Of a stretch of DNA of 64,000 bases, positions 26,419-39,937 are shown in pieces (the stretch's first letter is position 1; every line of letters begins with the position of its first letter). Position numbers and translations under genes: made by a program. The stretch spans positions 192,679-256,678 of the forward strand of contig NW_002060950.1 in assembly GCF_000150275.1 (NCBI RefSeq). Reading direction: 5' to 3'. Source of the stretch: Trichoplax adhaerens. Lineage: Eukaryota > Animalia > Placozoa. The notes beneath the pieces are model-generated. The model searched no databases, was not told the DNA's origin, and saw only the letters and a list, made by a program, of their open reading frames with translations.

Positions 26419-26918
26419 GTAGCGTCCGCAATTGCTGTCCGTCTGTAAGCTGGAATTCAGGGCAGAATGAGTTCTGGGACTGGAGACCTATCTGGCGCCA
26501 TAGTCGAAATACAAGCACGCACTGAATTCCTCCTCTATACAGTACAATCCAGAACTCCATCGAATAGGGATACGCAGCAGTATACCCTATCATTAGTTTG
26601 GTGCAGTACCTTCCTTTTTAGTCTCCTAAATTTGGAATGGCCTCGATGGTTTCCACATTCTCGACTTGTCTTTATCGATGAGATACAGTAGGATGGCCAT
26701 AATTAACTGATTGAAAAGGTTCTATTTCTAAATGAGACATGATTGCTATATTCTATTAAATGAAATTATTGACTATTTATTACATCATATTATACATTCA
26801 GTGGTATTAATCGTACAAAGCTGCCAAAATTGCTAAAAACTTTCATCAGCGATTCCAACAATATAGCATAGAACTCCTACCATTGGTATTAATCAAATCG
26901 TTACAGTTGAAAGGAAAA

Positions 26919-29900
26919 ATGGCGACAAGGAAATGGGGAGAATTCGAAGATGAAAACGATGTCATTGAACGTGAACCGACTGCAATCAACGATATTGGAC
27001 GACTTCGAGCAGACTCTATTCCAATTAAGCAACCATCTTCATCTCATCATCCACCTAAGCTAAGGTAATGAAACAATTCGAAAATAGGATGATATTCTAG
27101 CTACGTCAGAAGGCACACTCTGTAGTGCACAATATTTATTATATATATTATGCACACTGGTTTCAAAAGGTCATCCTGATAGAAATATCCAGTGTATCAT
27201 AATGAACGATACTTCTGTTCTTGAAATATTGTTAGTAGTCCTGGTTACCATTAAACGAGCGCATGGACTATAGCATACATAGTCGGAATAATTCTGTATC
27301 ATAACCAATTATAATGATAGAATTAGCTTAGTGATGCATAGAATAAACTACTCTACGTATACGGTAGTATACACATTTTGCCCATGGCTGAATGCAAGTT
27401 ACCTGCTAACGAGAATTTTATAGCGAACTATTCTAGAAATTATTAGCATTGTATCTCTCTAAGACATTAACTACAACTTTTAAATGGTATCTTATTAATG
27501 GCAATCAGCTGTACAAGCCTGCATGAAATGCTGGTGTTTATACAATATTCAGTATTGCAGTTAGTTACCTCATGAATGAAAGATTGACAAGCCAAAATGT
27601 CATTGAATTACTCTTAAATCGTTTCTACACTATCATTCTACTTACCTTATTTAAGGCATCAGTTAGTTTTTTACGATATCTTCAAAATAATGACCACATT
27701 TAACTGATCATAGCATTTTTGCTTAATGGATACGGTTGATACTGATACAACATGTGCTTTTAGAATTAGAGTTATATTGCAAATATGCTCTAACAAAGTC
27801 ATAGCTTTTAGCTACGCTAGTAAATATTCTCTCTAAGAAAATAATTCAACAAGCCTGTGATGATATTTAGCCGAATGCAAAAACAATGCGATAGTTAATG
27901 TCATCGAGTACTTTATTAATTGATGATCCTGTTGTTTTGCTACATCTCTCTTGAATTCATACTAGCTGTTCGATTTGAAGTACAGCAATAATATCGTACA
28001 GTAGTAGATCTACGAGTCCAAACAGTACATATAATATACGTACGCAAAGTATCACCAATGGAATGTTATAGTTGTCTTATCTAAAGTGACAAAGGCGTAA
28101 TCCCTCCTACTACGGTTTACGGTTATCCATCGCAACGTTAACAATCTTGCTGCATTTAAATTGCAATTAAGTAACATAGTAATGGATTGACCAGATCCCC
28201 AACAACGTACTGTACATATAACCACAAAATTAGGACTAATTAAACTCTGCAGCAAAGATTTATTATACTCAAGACTGTATTGATTTTTTCAATTTTATAG
28301 TAGATATAAGACATCTGTAATATGTGATATCTAACATTGTATCTATCACTTTACTATACGCATTATATGACATTTAGTCTACCGAAAGAGAAAATTAGTG
28401 GTGTGAAACCACCATTAACTAATGCTGGCCACAATGTAGTTTTGCATAATATCGAACTTATGCAACATATTCGAGCATTGAATCAAATACTCGCGAAGCA
28501 TCAACCAACAGAAGCTCCTGGCTCATCCTCTGTATCTGATAATACTAATGATAATAATGGAGTTGTCAATAACATGGATAATAAGACGATCAATCCTTCT
28601 AAAGAATTGGCAACAATACCTGATCCACCTGACCGTTATGGTATAACTGCCACCTCTGCGTCTCAGCTAGCCGTTGGCTCAAAGCGTACTATTTTCGATC
28701 ATGGTCATGTTGCGCAAATTAGGAACAAGTACCTTATATCAAATAATAAATAACTGATTTATATACTGCAGATATGCATAGTATATAGTACTATTGTAGT
28801 CTTTTCATAGTGTTGATTGTGATTAAAGCTTTACTAAACTTAATCTAGTTTTAATATGCAATATTTAGATCTAAAAAATTTTTCAACCGAATCATAACTC
28901 ATTGTGCATTTGCAAATGTTTTTCAATAGTAAAGCTTGTACAGAACTTGACCCTGCTACTGTCCGTCAATTAATGATCAAAGCTGCAGCCTCTGTTTGTT
29001 CGCATGCCGGTTATGAAAGTAAATTCATCAGTGCCTAGCGCCCTTCTTAAACCGCTCTATGACTTTTCTACCCTTAGTAGCTAATCTCGCTCCATTCTCC
29101 GTTTCTTTTTGTATCTATTACCAAAAACAGCTGCGTTTCAATCTTGCTTGGAGGTGATAGCAGACATAATGCACGAGCAAATGATAAAACTTTGTACGCT
29201 ACTAAGATATAATGTAGATTACGAAAAGGAAACTGGTACCTGTCCTTTTAATGTGAGTATTAAATTTACCGTTGGAAAGCAAATATCCACGTTTCGTCAC
29301 TTAAATAACAACAATTCTATGTGAAATAGAATCCATTTGAGCAAGTTCTATATCAGATCGGAATAAATGGAATTCCAAGCCTTCTTCAAGATTGGCAATC
29401 TGATGTCAAACGTTATAACACTAAATTACAGGCTCTTGATGTACAACTGATGCGTGACTGTAAACGCTTGTTGGTACTACAAACCTAACTCAATTTTGAT
29501 AATATTATTTAATCATAATGTAAGAATTCGTTGAAAATTATAAATTTTTTTACATGCACATAGGAGGATCAGAATAACAGAGAAAAAGTAAGTAATAATG
29601 AAAGCAATGAAACCTCTCAAAAAAGTGCTAAGCGAAGGTAATTTCTCCCTGTGTCTTCAACGTTATACTGTATTACTGACAAGCACTTGATAATGATAAA
29701 ATTTATTTGAGTAAGATTGCACTTCATGATCGATTATCCCGTATCATTGAATTCTTTCGTCATTCCATGCTTATCATTTCATAGACGATCGAATGACTCT
29801 GAGCTTCTTGCAGAAATTTCTAAGTAAGAGAAAAGATGAATTATTAAGCATGCAAATTTTAAAATAATAATCGGAAATATCTAATAACTGTTTATTAACT

Positions 29901-30686
29901 TATGTTTTTAATAATCTGTATTAAGATCTTCCCCAATCTCTAATATGGCTCATAAATCTAAATTTGGTAAGACTTAAAAACTTCATCTTTTACTATCTAA
30001 TTGTATTTTTTTGCAAAATTCGACTGAACTGAGATCTTTTATTTCTGTATTTCCAGCCAAGAATAGCTTAATAACAGAACCCAAGGTGATTTGTATACCA
30101 TAAATTTACGTTATGGAAGCGCTTCCATTAAGTTAACATTATATTTCATAACAGCTGGAAAACTGTTTAACGAAATGCTCTTGTTATAGCACTTACCGCA
30201 ATTATGTTAAAAATTTTTTGAAGCTATCTACTAAAAATTAGCTTTATTCATAGGAAAATCGCCATGGGTATAATGGTAGATTATCCTTAACTGATAATGA
30301 TAATAGCTCTTTCAACTCAGAGAATTCCGATTGTCGAACTGTATCAACTCCACAGGTATAGCCAACTTGAGGCACTTATGCTGGGTAAAACCTCTGTTCG
30401 TTAGGAAGGTGATATAAATGTTTTTGTTACTAAGCCAATAGTTCAGGCAAATTTAGCCCTAGCGCACGCGCAGCTAAAGATCCCTCCAGTTACTGGTCTG
30501 TTATTACATATGTTCCCTAAATGTTAACTACTCACTACAAAAGCACCAAATAATCTTTACAACTTTTTATTAGATTTTGATCCTGACTATCTAAGGAACC
30601 CACAAGATTCCCCATCAATCTCCCCAACGCCGACAGAAAAGCGATCGAGTACACCAACAAGAAAGAAGAGGAAGCAAAAGCTTTAA
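26919..30686 (+). CDS. SUPT7L: SAGA/STAGA subunit SUPT7L (STAF65-gamma), ~12 coding exons
   Basis: N-terminal RKWGE, IKQPS and LHNIELMQHIRAL; histone-fold/BTP region ELDPATVRQLMIKAAASVCSHAGYETAFQSCLEVIADIMHEQMIKLCTLLR; NPFEQVLYQIGINGIPSLLQDWQ; small in-frame exons lead to C-terminal RKKRKQKL*, stop 30684-30686. Confidence 0.88.
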
Positions 30687-32569
30687 TTTTGTCTTATTCT
30701 ACTGCTTTTTTCTACATAAACTAAAGCTTAAGTTATTGAGCAGTGTTCGATGATACCGAATTCAGCGGTAGATATAAATTATATATTACTTATTTTACTT
30801 CAATATCGACCAAGATCCACTTGGATTTGGTTCTGAATAGTACGTAGCTGAGAATTTCAATGTTCGTAATCATGTTGCTTAAAATGGTATATTATTAGCC
30901 TAGCTATCCCAATGTAAATACTGGGCAATCCATTACAGATTTTGCAATACAATTATGTAAATTATTGGATGAAGTTGATTGTGATCTCATCATTCGGCAC
31001 AAATAGAGATTAGTAAAACACCTGTGCGCCTTCTCTGCTCGTCTTCAGTGCGTATTTGTAATATATTACGAAGTGTACTACTTATTACATTCTACGGTCA
31101 ACTTTTAGTATAAGCTGTCCGTAATTTATGATAATTGCGTAATGTGCAAATACCAGTTCAGCTTTTTCCGTACTGTTTTCAATTAAAATCGATCTGCTTT
31201 GATTATTTTAATAAAGAATTGTTAGATCATTTGATGATACGGTTGTTTGTAGAGATTTCTGAACATTGTAACGTTGTCTTGTGTTTTTACAATATTCTAG
31301 TCATTATTGCAAATCTTGTGTCGAATGTCACAGATACTATACTGCATCTTCAATGAATTTAATTTTATAGCAAATAATGGTATACGCGCAAGTGCCAGAA
31401 ATTAAACGATTGCAATTTTAGCTTACCCACTCATGGATATATTTTTAATAATACACCTAAATCTTTGAAAGTATCATAAGTGGAAAAAGATGGATAATCC
31501 AACGATCAGAATTTTGGTAACGAATCTTACAGAAAAATAATAAGAAATTAAAAGTAGCCGCGAATCCCTTTTACATTTATACAACCCAGTGAATCTTAAA
31601 ACGGCGCTGCCCTTGTCATTAATAGCTACTTCGTATTATTAATTTATCATCTCATTAGGCGGTAAAATAATTTTAAATGACTGTAATGTAAATATCAATT
31701 AAAAGATGTTACTTTATTAAAAAGATAATATTGTTACAAAATATTTTTAAAATACGCCTATACTTGATTACTTGTAAGTTTGCCTTTAATATCCAGAGTA
31801 CTTATATACCATGCTGGAGTTATGTTACGTAGATACGATAGATTATTTAAAGCATACTAGAATTAATTATTATATATCAGTAAAATGCTATTAAACTTAA
31901 TAGAAAGAAATTTTTATAATATAGACCAATTGATAAACTATACGCTATCAGATCTCCTGATTAATAGGCCAGTTAAATATATTTTTAAATGCAGCAAGCA
32001 AACGAACGTTGCAATGAGAATAGTATAGCTTTAATAATGTTATATTCCATTCTTGATAAATAAAATACTGTACTTTTAATATGAATCCAGTTGTATTATG
32101 GATAACGGTATTTTAGTATGTGAGAATATATTTCACTGATAATTATAATCACCCATTTATTTGTACTTAGTAATCTACTATAAATGCTGGTTGCTAAGAA
32201 AATCATAATTTGCCTAAGAAATGATATGGTACGTGTGCTTACTAAGTTTTGATAACAATAATGCGAGGAGTAAGTAAAACATCCACTAGGGCAGGCTTAT
32301 TTTCATTATAAAGATATAGCACTAGCTCTATCAATTGCTGCCATTAATTATTTATATTCCTTAGGCAAAACTCTAGTATGATATAATTCATCAGCGATAA
32401 TAGGTTATGTAAACAGCATGATGATGTAAAAGCAGATGATCATCTACGGTGAGTGATAGAACATAAGATGATTACTTTTCTAGCGATTGTTTAACATTTG
32501 ACAATTTTAGGCAATTACAATTAACTAGGAAGTCGATATATTCCTGATACTTTAATATGCATTATACTC

Positions 32570-34738
32570 TTATGCACTGTTCCTATAATTAGTAAAAAAA
32601 TAAGTTGCAATTAATGACCTAAATGCTTACAATTAAATGCACATGGTACAGTATAAGCATTATCATCAAATAATTAATTTATAAACATACTTGAATTGAC
32701 AGGCATTTCCATGATAGCCGAATTTGCAAACGCATAAATTATACCTATCGATGCAGTATCCTCCATTTTGACAAGCAGGATAACATATGCTATCTATAAT
32801 GTGATAATTACAACAGAATAATTTCTAAAAGTTAAAAGTGTGTTTAAACGCACATTTTTAGGTAAAAACTAAATCTTACCTTCTATATCAATAGATATAA
32901 TTGCAGTTATTAATTCTAATTTTAATCCAGCACACAATAGATACCTTTAATAACTTCCTTTTTAGAAGGAATTCTGCAGCACATGACACCTGTGGTAGAT
33001 CCCTTGTTGTAGGTACACTTATTCTTTGCTTTCTTGCTATATTTAGAGTATAAATACCCATGTCTGCTGCACCCCTTTGGCTTAAGCTTATATTGGCACG
33101 ATCGACCTAATCCAGCCATAACTGCAGTCTCCTTACAACGTAAACATTGCTTCGAGTTATGAGTTGCATCGTAAGAAAAACAGCCCTCTAGGAAGAATAA
33201 ATCTTTCCAAGATATCTCATTTAAGGATTGAACATTTTCTATACTGCAGACTTGAAAATTATCACCACACAAATTACCACCATTTTTAATATGACCTTTC
33301 CATCGGCCAGGACAGGCTGAGATATTGTAGTATTTCCTTGGCAAACGGTTATCACCAGCAGCACAACCCTGATGACCTCCTATTTTAATATTTAAGAATG
33401 GTATGAGTCCAATAATCGCGGCATTAAATAGAATATGAATTATATATTAATGAATTAAATTTTTTCTGTGATTAGCATATCAGTCATTTTATTTACTTGC
33501 TCTTATTTTGATACTGTCTTGAGAAGTACCATCATCATTGGTCGCTAGGCATGTATACTCGCCATTGTGATGATGATTAATCTTGTTTAGTGATAGTTTG
33601 GACTGCGAATTTTTATTTATTTCTTCTACTTTAATTAAAGTCTTGTCCTTTAGCCATGCTATATTCAATGGTCCTTTAGCATTACTGACTTGACAAACAA
33701 GTAGAATATTTTCTCCAATGATAAAATTTGATTTATCTACAATAACTCTGACTTGGGGAAGTGATGGTATAGCTATCATTCATCGTAAAATATTAAATGA
33801 TTGTATTATGATATAGCAAGAACAGTTGGCGTTAAAAATACTGCAACTTGCACAGCACACTATATTTTATAATTGCTAAGACATTGCTTACTAGGATGAA
33901 AATTTTAAAACATTTTTAGTGCACTTTTTGATAAGTAGATTCATCTCTCGTACCTTCTTTTTTACAGCATAACACCCCTGATGCAATCCCAGGTCGATAA
34001 GTACAGGCTCTTCTTAGTAAGCTATCAACACAACAACTAGCATCAATTTTACCTAGACCAATGCAGGACTTTGACATTAGATTTTGATGCTGACATGATT
34101 TCCCAACAGCGGCTAAATCATCACTTCCCCAGTGATCACTAATACATGGTTTACAAGTTCCACCATCTTGTGATGCATCATAAGCATAACAGCCTTCTAT
34201 TGTCGTGGCTTCATTCCAAGTAATCTGTTTAAGCATACTAGATTCTTTCCAACTACATACATTCCATCCTTTTCCACATAAGTTACTTGCATTGCTAATG
34301 TGACCAGCCCATGGCCCACGACAAGCAACAATGTTGGTTTGATTAAACCTATGTGCCATGCTAACTTTACAAGCTGAAGAAGAAAAGACAGCGTTAAATA
34401 TATTATCCGTATTGATCCATTATATACTCCACAAATGATTTCTAAAAACACGCATAAAAATTTTTCAATTAAAATTTATTCTTGCTTGACATCTTCTCAT
34501 TTTAAATCTCGTTTATAATAGTAGCTCACAGACCATGTGCCAGCAGAAAGATTAAATCTCTACCAGAAATAGCTCTACAAATTTTAGATTTTGTGGAATT
34601 TCTATTCATCTCTTATGCTCTATCCATTTGTAATAACTTTACAATCATCTACTGGATTTTCAGCAGGTTTAGGGTTTATCTCATATGCATATAATGAATT
34701 AATAATAATATTATATAATTAACAAGCATTCTTTTCAT
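32570..34738 (-). CDS. secreted protein: signal peptide - Cys-rich domain - Ig (I-set-like) - Cys-rich domain - EGF
   Basis: In-frame exons 34373-33954 (Cys-rich 1), 33772-33497 (Ig: LVCQVS...IAWLKD...GEYTCLATN), 33379-32945 (Cys-rich 2), 32793-32691 (EGF: CYPACQNGGYCIDRYNLCVCKFGYHGNACQ), and probably 32582-32570. First exon 34738-34643 needs a 1-nt frameshift, so the start is tentative. Confidence 0.8.
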
Positions 34739-37700
34739 GGATCCTCTATTAGTTTCATCAGAAATTTGTATTGTTATTGATTAAATGATCCTGAAACTCC
34801 TATGAAATGGCTTCACAAACATTATACTCGAATGAATCGCAACAAAGATACGGTTAAAAAGTATTTACTATATCCCACATCTAGATATTCCATGTATCTT
34901 TTCTATTCTACATCAGGCATAATTTCAGATTATACTATTGCTAGACCTTAAGAAGTTCATATCGTCATTTTTTATCTTTAAAACTATATGATATTTGTTA
35001 AAGAAAAGTTCTAAAAATTCCTCTCGCTATCGTGTTCATCTATCAATGTTAAATTGATTTCCTCATAAATATGTGAATGAATTCGTCACTGCGAGGGTCG
35101 TGAGATAGATGATGATTGGTTGCATAAGTATACACCTTAATTTCAGGACTCCTATTGTTGTTAGCAACATAACGTTATAAATTAATCGTCATTGATCAAA
35201 TAGACAATGATAGGATAAATGAAGTTCTAGTCTTATGAATTGTGCATTGCCATTTATAACATGATTGGTTCAAGTCTACCACAGCGGGAGAAAATAATAT
35301 AAAAGAAGATGAATGACCCTTTCATTGCTCATAAGTGACTTCACTTATGTTTTTATCGTTTTATTCAACTTAATGGCATGATTTGTTTGTTTTTCTGTAA
35401 CTGGAACATAAAATTAAGCGATCATTTCCTAACCCAGTAAATAAATATTTGAATAGAGAAGAAATTTAATCCGTTATGGGTAAAATAAATTTCAAGCAAA
35501 CCTGCTAAGACCAAAGAATAATATTAAGGATCAAGTTTAAGGCCTACTATTAAATGCGTAGCCTGTGAAGAGAATAATTTACATCAATTCTTCGCTCTTA
35601 TGGATTTCAAAAGCTTTAAATAATGAAAGCTAAATTTTATTTACCGTGACTATATCAACAAAAACTTTCTTTAGTTACTTAAGCTAATCTAACAATGGCA
35701 TAACATTGGATAACTCAACGTGTTCTGGCCGAATAGATGTTAGCTTAGACGGCGCGTGTTACACTTACTTAATGAAATTGAGAAAAATATTCGCAATATG
35801 AAAGTTAATCGCGTTAAGAGAACGTAATTTTTATCTTATACCAGAAATAAATATCTATATGTACAGTTAATTGAGTACACGATTAAACAAATAGCTAATC
35901 CTATTTTATTTATCGCGCCGAATAAACTCTCCCCTGAGCTGTATATGAGACATTGTAACTAGAACCTTACAGAGAAAAATGGCAATTTGCTCTTAACCCA
36001 AAGATACTAGAGCATTATATAATTATTGAATACAATCTTCCCTAAACCTATCAGGAGTTGTTATACTTGTTCGCAATTAATTATAGTACTTTAGTACCTT
36101 AGTATCGACGCAACATGTAATCTAAATCAATAATACTAAATCGTATAACTATGTTCAACAGAAGGGCTAAATAAGATAAAGACAGCCATATCCCACTTTA
36201 TCAAGAATTACTTAGAATGGGCAATTCTGCTAGAACCTAACTCTACCTATTACATTATAGTAGGAACAGATAGATTTTAACTACAGCTAAAAATTAGTTA
36301 TATCTAAGCACTTAAATAGGTTTACTACGGGTGTATTTTTTCGCCAATGAAATGGCTAATAACCTTATAAGGAATCTTAATGCGAAATAATTTCATTTTG
36401 TTTGTGGCCAAATAAAAGGAGAAATGAAAATAATTTCGGATTAATTATTCTTTGCAAAAAGTTATTTTTACTAAATTTAGCGATGCGACGCTTGTTATTT
36501 TACGAAATCACAGCTTTCCGCTTAATTATTAAATTAATTTGCTTCTAGAGGTTGTTATGATGAAATTTATATCTAGCTAGTAATATATTATATGATGTCT
36601 GTCTGGCAGAATTATTGACTCTAATTGCTACAGTATACGAGCTGGAACCATAAAGCCCTATTTTAACTTGAAATAACAAGAACTGTTAGCCGTGTTTTTA
36701 ATTACCACAACTTGCGGACAAGAAAATCAAAAGCAATAAATTTATAAAATTAGTAAAATGCCATATTATCAGGTTAGAAACAATGGCGTATATAATCTAT
36801 AACTATGATAGAGTGATGAAATTAAAATTTTCTTCTTCGACTAAATTATACTCGTTAAAGTGCATCAATATGATGATTAATAATACGATGATTTCTATCC
36901 GCTTTCATACCGTTGAGCTTTTTAGAGTTGATTGCTAACGAGGACACTTTTTGATTCAGATGGCAGCAGACTAAGGTAATAACAAGTAGCCTGATCAGTC
37001 TAAGGGTCATATTCAGCAATATGTTGAACCTATATCTTTCAGATTAGCAAATATAATTGTAAAATAGGTAAACTTTTATATTAGTAGAATGAACTGTAAA
37101 ATGTTCAAATGATGAAATAAGGAAGTTGCTATTGGCAAGAATCTACAGTTTGTCGTAACGTAACAATTCGACAGGCCCTCTAGCCGTAAATCTAGTCAAT
37201 CATATAGTACCCTTATAATATAGTTTTTTATTCTATTCATCACTTAGACAATAATTTACTATTAAGGAAAGAGATCATGCAGTCTATTACGCGGATAGAA
37301 TCCTTAAGTTATGGTCATTAGTAGATATAACATTGACAAGTATTGTATTGAATAGGTTAACTTTTGCCTACAATAGTTCAATTGAGCTATTATCTGTCGA
37401 AATCACTTTAAATCGTTGAAAAAACATTTAATAAACGCTAATTGCTTTCATCTAGGATCAGTAACAACTGTCTTGGCCGAGGCAAGAATTATTATTGTAG
37501 AATACAATTCATTACTTTTTCAATTGAAAACGCTGTTCGAATTCTAAGATATTCTTAGCATACTAATATCACTGACAATGGTCAACGCGGTGTTGAAGAA
37601 TAATATGGACGTGTTATATCAATAAATATTAACAGTCAATAGTGTCCAGAATATCTTCGAAAGAAAGGCAGGCTCGACTTTTAATATCCAGATCAATTGC

Positions 37701-39697
37701 CTTTAATCATTTGATTTCGTGGCATATCTATATAACTATACTTGTAGGTAGATAGATAGGTGGATGCAAGTTATAAATACTAACAAACGGGATATTACTT
37801 AACACAATTGATACAAACAGTTTCGTTCTTGAATGTTGAGGAAAATTACTATGATTCCGATCACATGGCTTAAAAGTTTGTTTATAATCCTTTTTTAATT
37901 CACCAAGTTAGCCAAAATTGCTCACTATAATCTAACTTAACCTTATATAGTGCAGTAGTGCTAGGTAAATTCATCGTAACATGTTATTTTCCCTAAATCT
38001 TTGATAAATAACTCGGATAAAGCAGAAAGGAATTTGATTTAACTAAATCAACATGGAAGATCGAAAGTTAATGCTCTGGTCATTAATTTAGCTAAGGGAT
38101 AGCGTTAATCACATGTTCAAGGATTATAAATGCTTTTAAAAATTATCCCAAGCACCTAATACGAATTCAAATGCAAGGGAACAGTTTAAGCATTTGTTAT
38201 GGCGCCATTCAATAATTCTATTGTAATGCATAAAATGAGCCTCAGCAGGATAGCTATTCATTGCTTTCTAGTATTAGGCAGTCGTAGCAAAAATAACAGC
38301 ATAAGTCAATCTACTCCCCCAAAAACAGCATTTATCGTAATAATTATAGTTATAGTAAGTAAATTCATGATGAGATATTTTACTTCTAGGAGTATGAACA
38401 TTTTTGGTGAATTAACATATTAGTTATCATTTTATCGGTGAAATACTTGATTTTAATTTTTTACATATATCTATTTAAACAAAGTAATTTCAATCGAGTA
38501 CAGTTAATGCCTAAACGGGTACCTGATTGTAAATATTTTTTACGAATGATAATTAATCTATTTTTTACCAATGACGTTGGTAAATTTCAATTATCTCACT
38601 TATGTATGTGTTAAAATAAACTAAAAACTTGGCAATATTTTTCATTTGGGTCGTGTCAAATGTCAAGTTTATCATATTGATTTTAACTAATATCTTTATA
38701 TGTGATACAAATAAATAATATCAATTTCCCATGGGACCTTAATTCTTTCCACTGAGTTACTGATATCACATAACGAGTAGAATCAAGAAGTTTACGCGTA
38801 TACACGTATATGTATTTCGTATATTATATACATATACGGAACTTTTTTTATGAATAATTATAGAAAGCCTGCGGCACTGAGTGAACTCGATGTTAACACC
38901 AACAGAAGTTCCGTACATAATTTCAATCGTTTATCATTTTGTAGAAATTGCGCTGCTTTATGCATACTCTTTCTAGTTTATAGCTATCGAGACTTCCAAT
39001 ATACTACTCCTATGAAGTAGAGCGTCTGCAAATTTCGCCACAATTGAGGTTCGATAACTAATTGGACAAGTATTACCAGTTAAGTGGTAATCTACTTTAA
39101 TTTAGTTTTAATATTACACAGTTTTTAGTATTAACTGTCCCTTAATTGATATATTCATCATAATATATTATACAGTATAAAATATCATACCGTCTTTATC
39201 TTCTGCTGAGCTAGCAACAGTTATAAATAACTTGGCTACAGTTCAAGAAATTAATATTTCAGAATTGAAAATTTATCTACCATACGTAATTCTATCAAAT
39301 TCAATCGATAGGACTTTTGTCCAGGTTTAGAAATAATAGACAGCTGGATGCTTTGCTATTTGTTTGGCTGCACAACTGTCGCATAAAGTGTAGCAAAAGT
39401 AGTGCAGCTTTCTTAGTTACATTTATTAATCTTTATGTGACTCATCAGTTAATCAGTGATGCAATTATCCGCTATTAGATGCAATCCATCTAGTTATTAC
39501 TAATTATAATCATAGATAATTAATGACATTGTATTTATGTTTATTATCTTCATATTTTTTTGCATAATTAGTTAATTAGTTAAATTTGGTTTATAGAGTA
39601 AAAATAAATGTACTATCTATGCTATAAAATCATTAATTATTGTGGATCGCTGTAAGCTTTATGGAATACCTGTTCCTTTTATTGGGACTAGCTGTAA

Positions 39698-39937
39698 TAA
39701 AGGTTAATAACCAAGAATCGAAAAAACATTATGGCATTAGTATGAACAGTAGAAATAAAATTACTAGTAATGAACTACGGTACTTCAGGGATAAAGTAAT
39801 TCTGATGACTTAGCATATAAAGATTAATAACCAACAATCGAAAAAACATTATGACATTAGTATGAACCATAAAAATAAAATTACTAGTAATGGACTACGG
39901 TACTTCAGGGATGAAGTAACTCTGATGACTTTGCATA
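39698..39937. repeat. 120-bp tandem duplication (2 copies, ~90% identical)
   Basis: taaagRttaataaccaaSaatcgaaaaaacattatgRcattagtatgaac...ctacggtacttcagggatRaagtaaYtctgatgactt at ~39698 and ~39818. Confidence 0.93.

Noticed and set aside
27857-27954. C/D snoRNA in SUPT7L intron 1 (GTGATGA ... TGATGA)
   Set aside because: No CTGA box D at a suitable distance and no convincing guide sequence.
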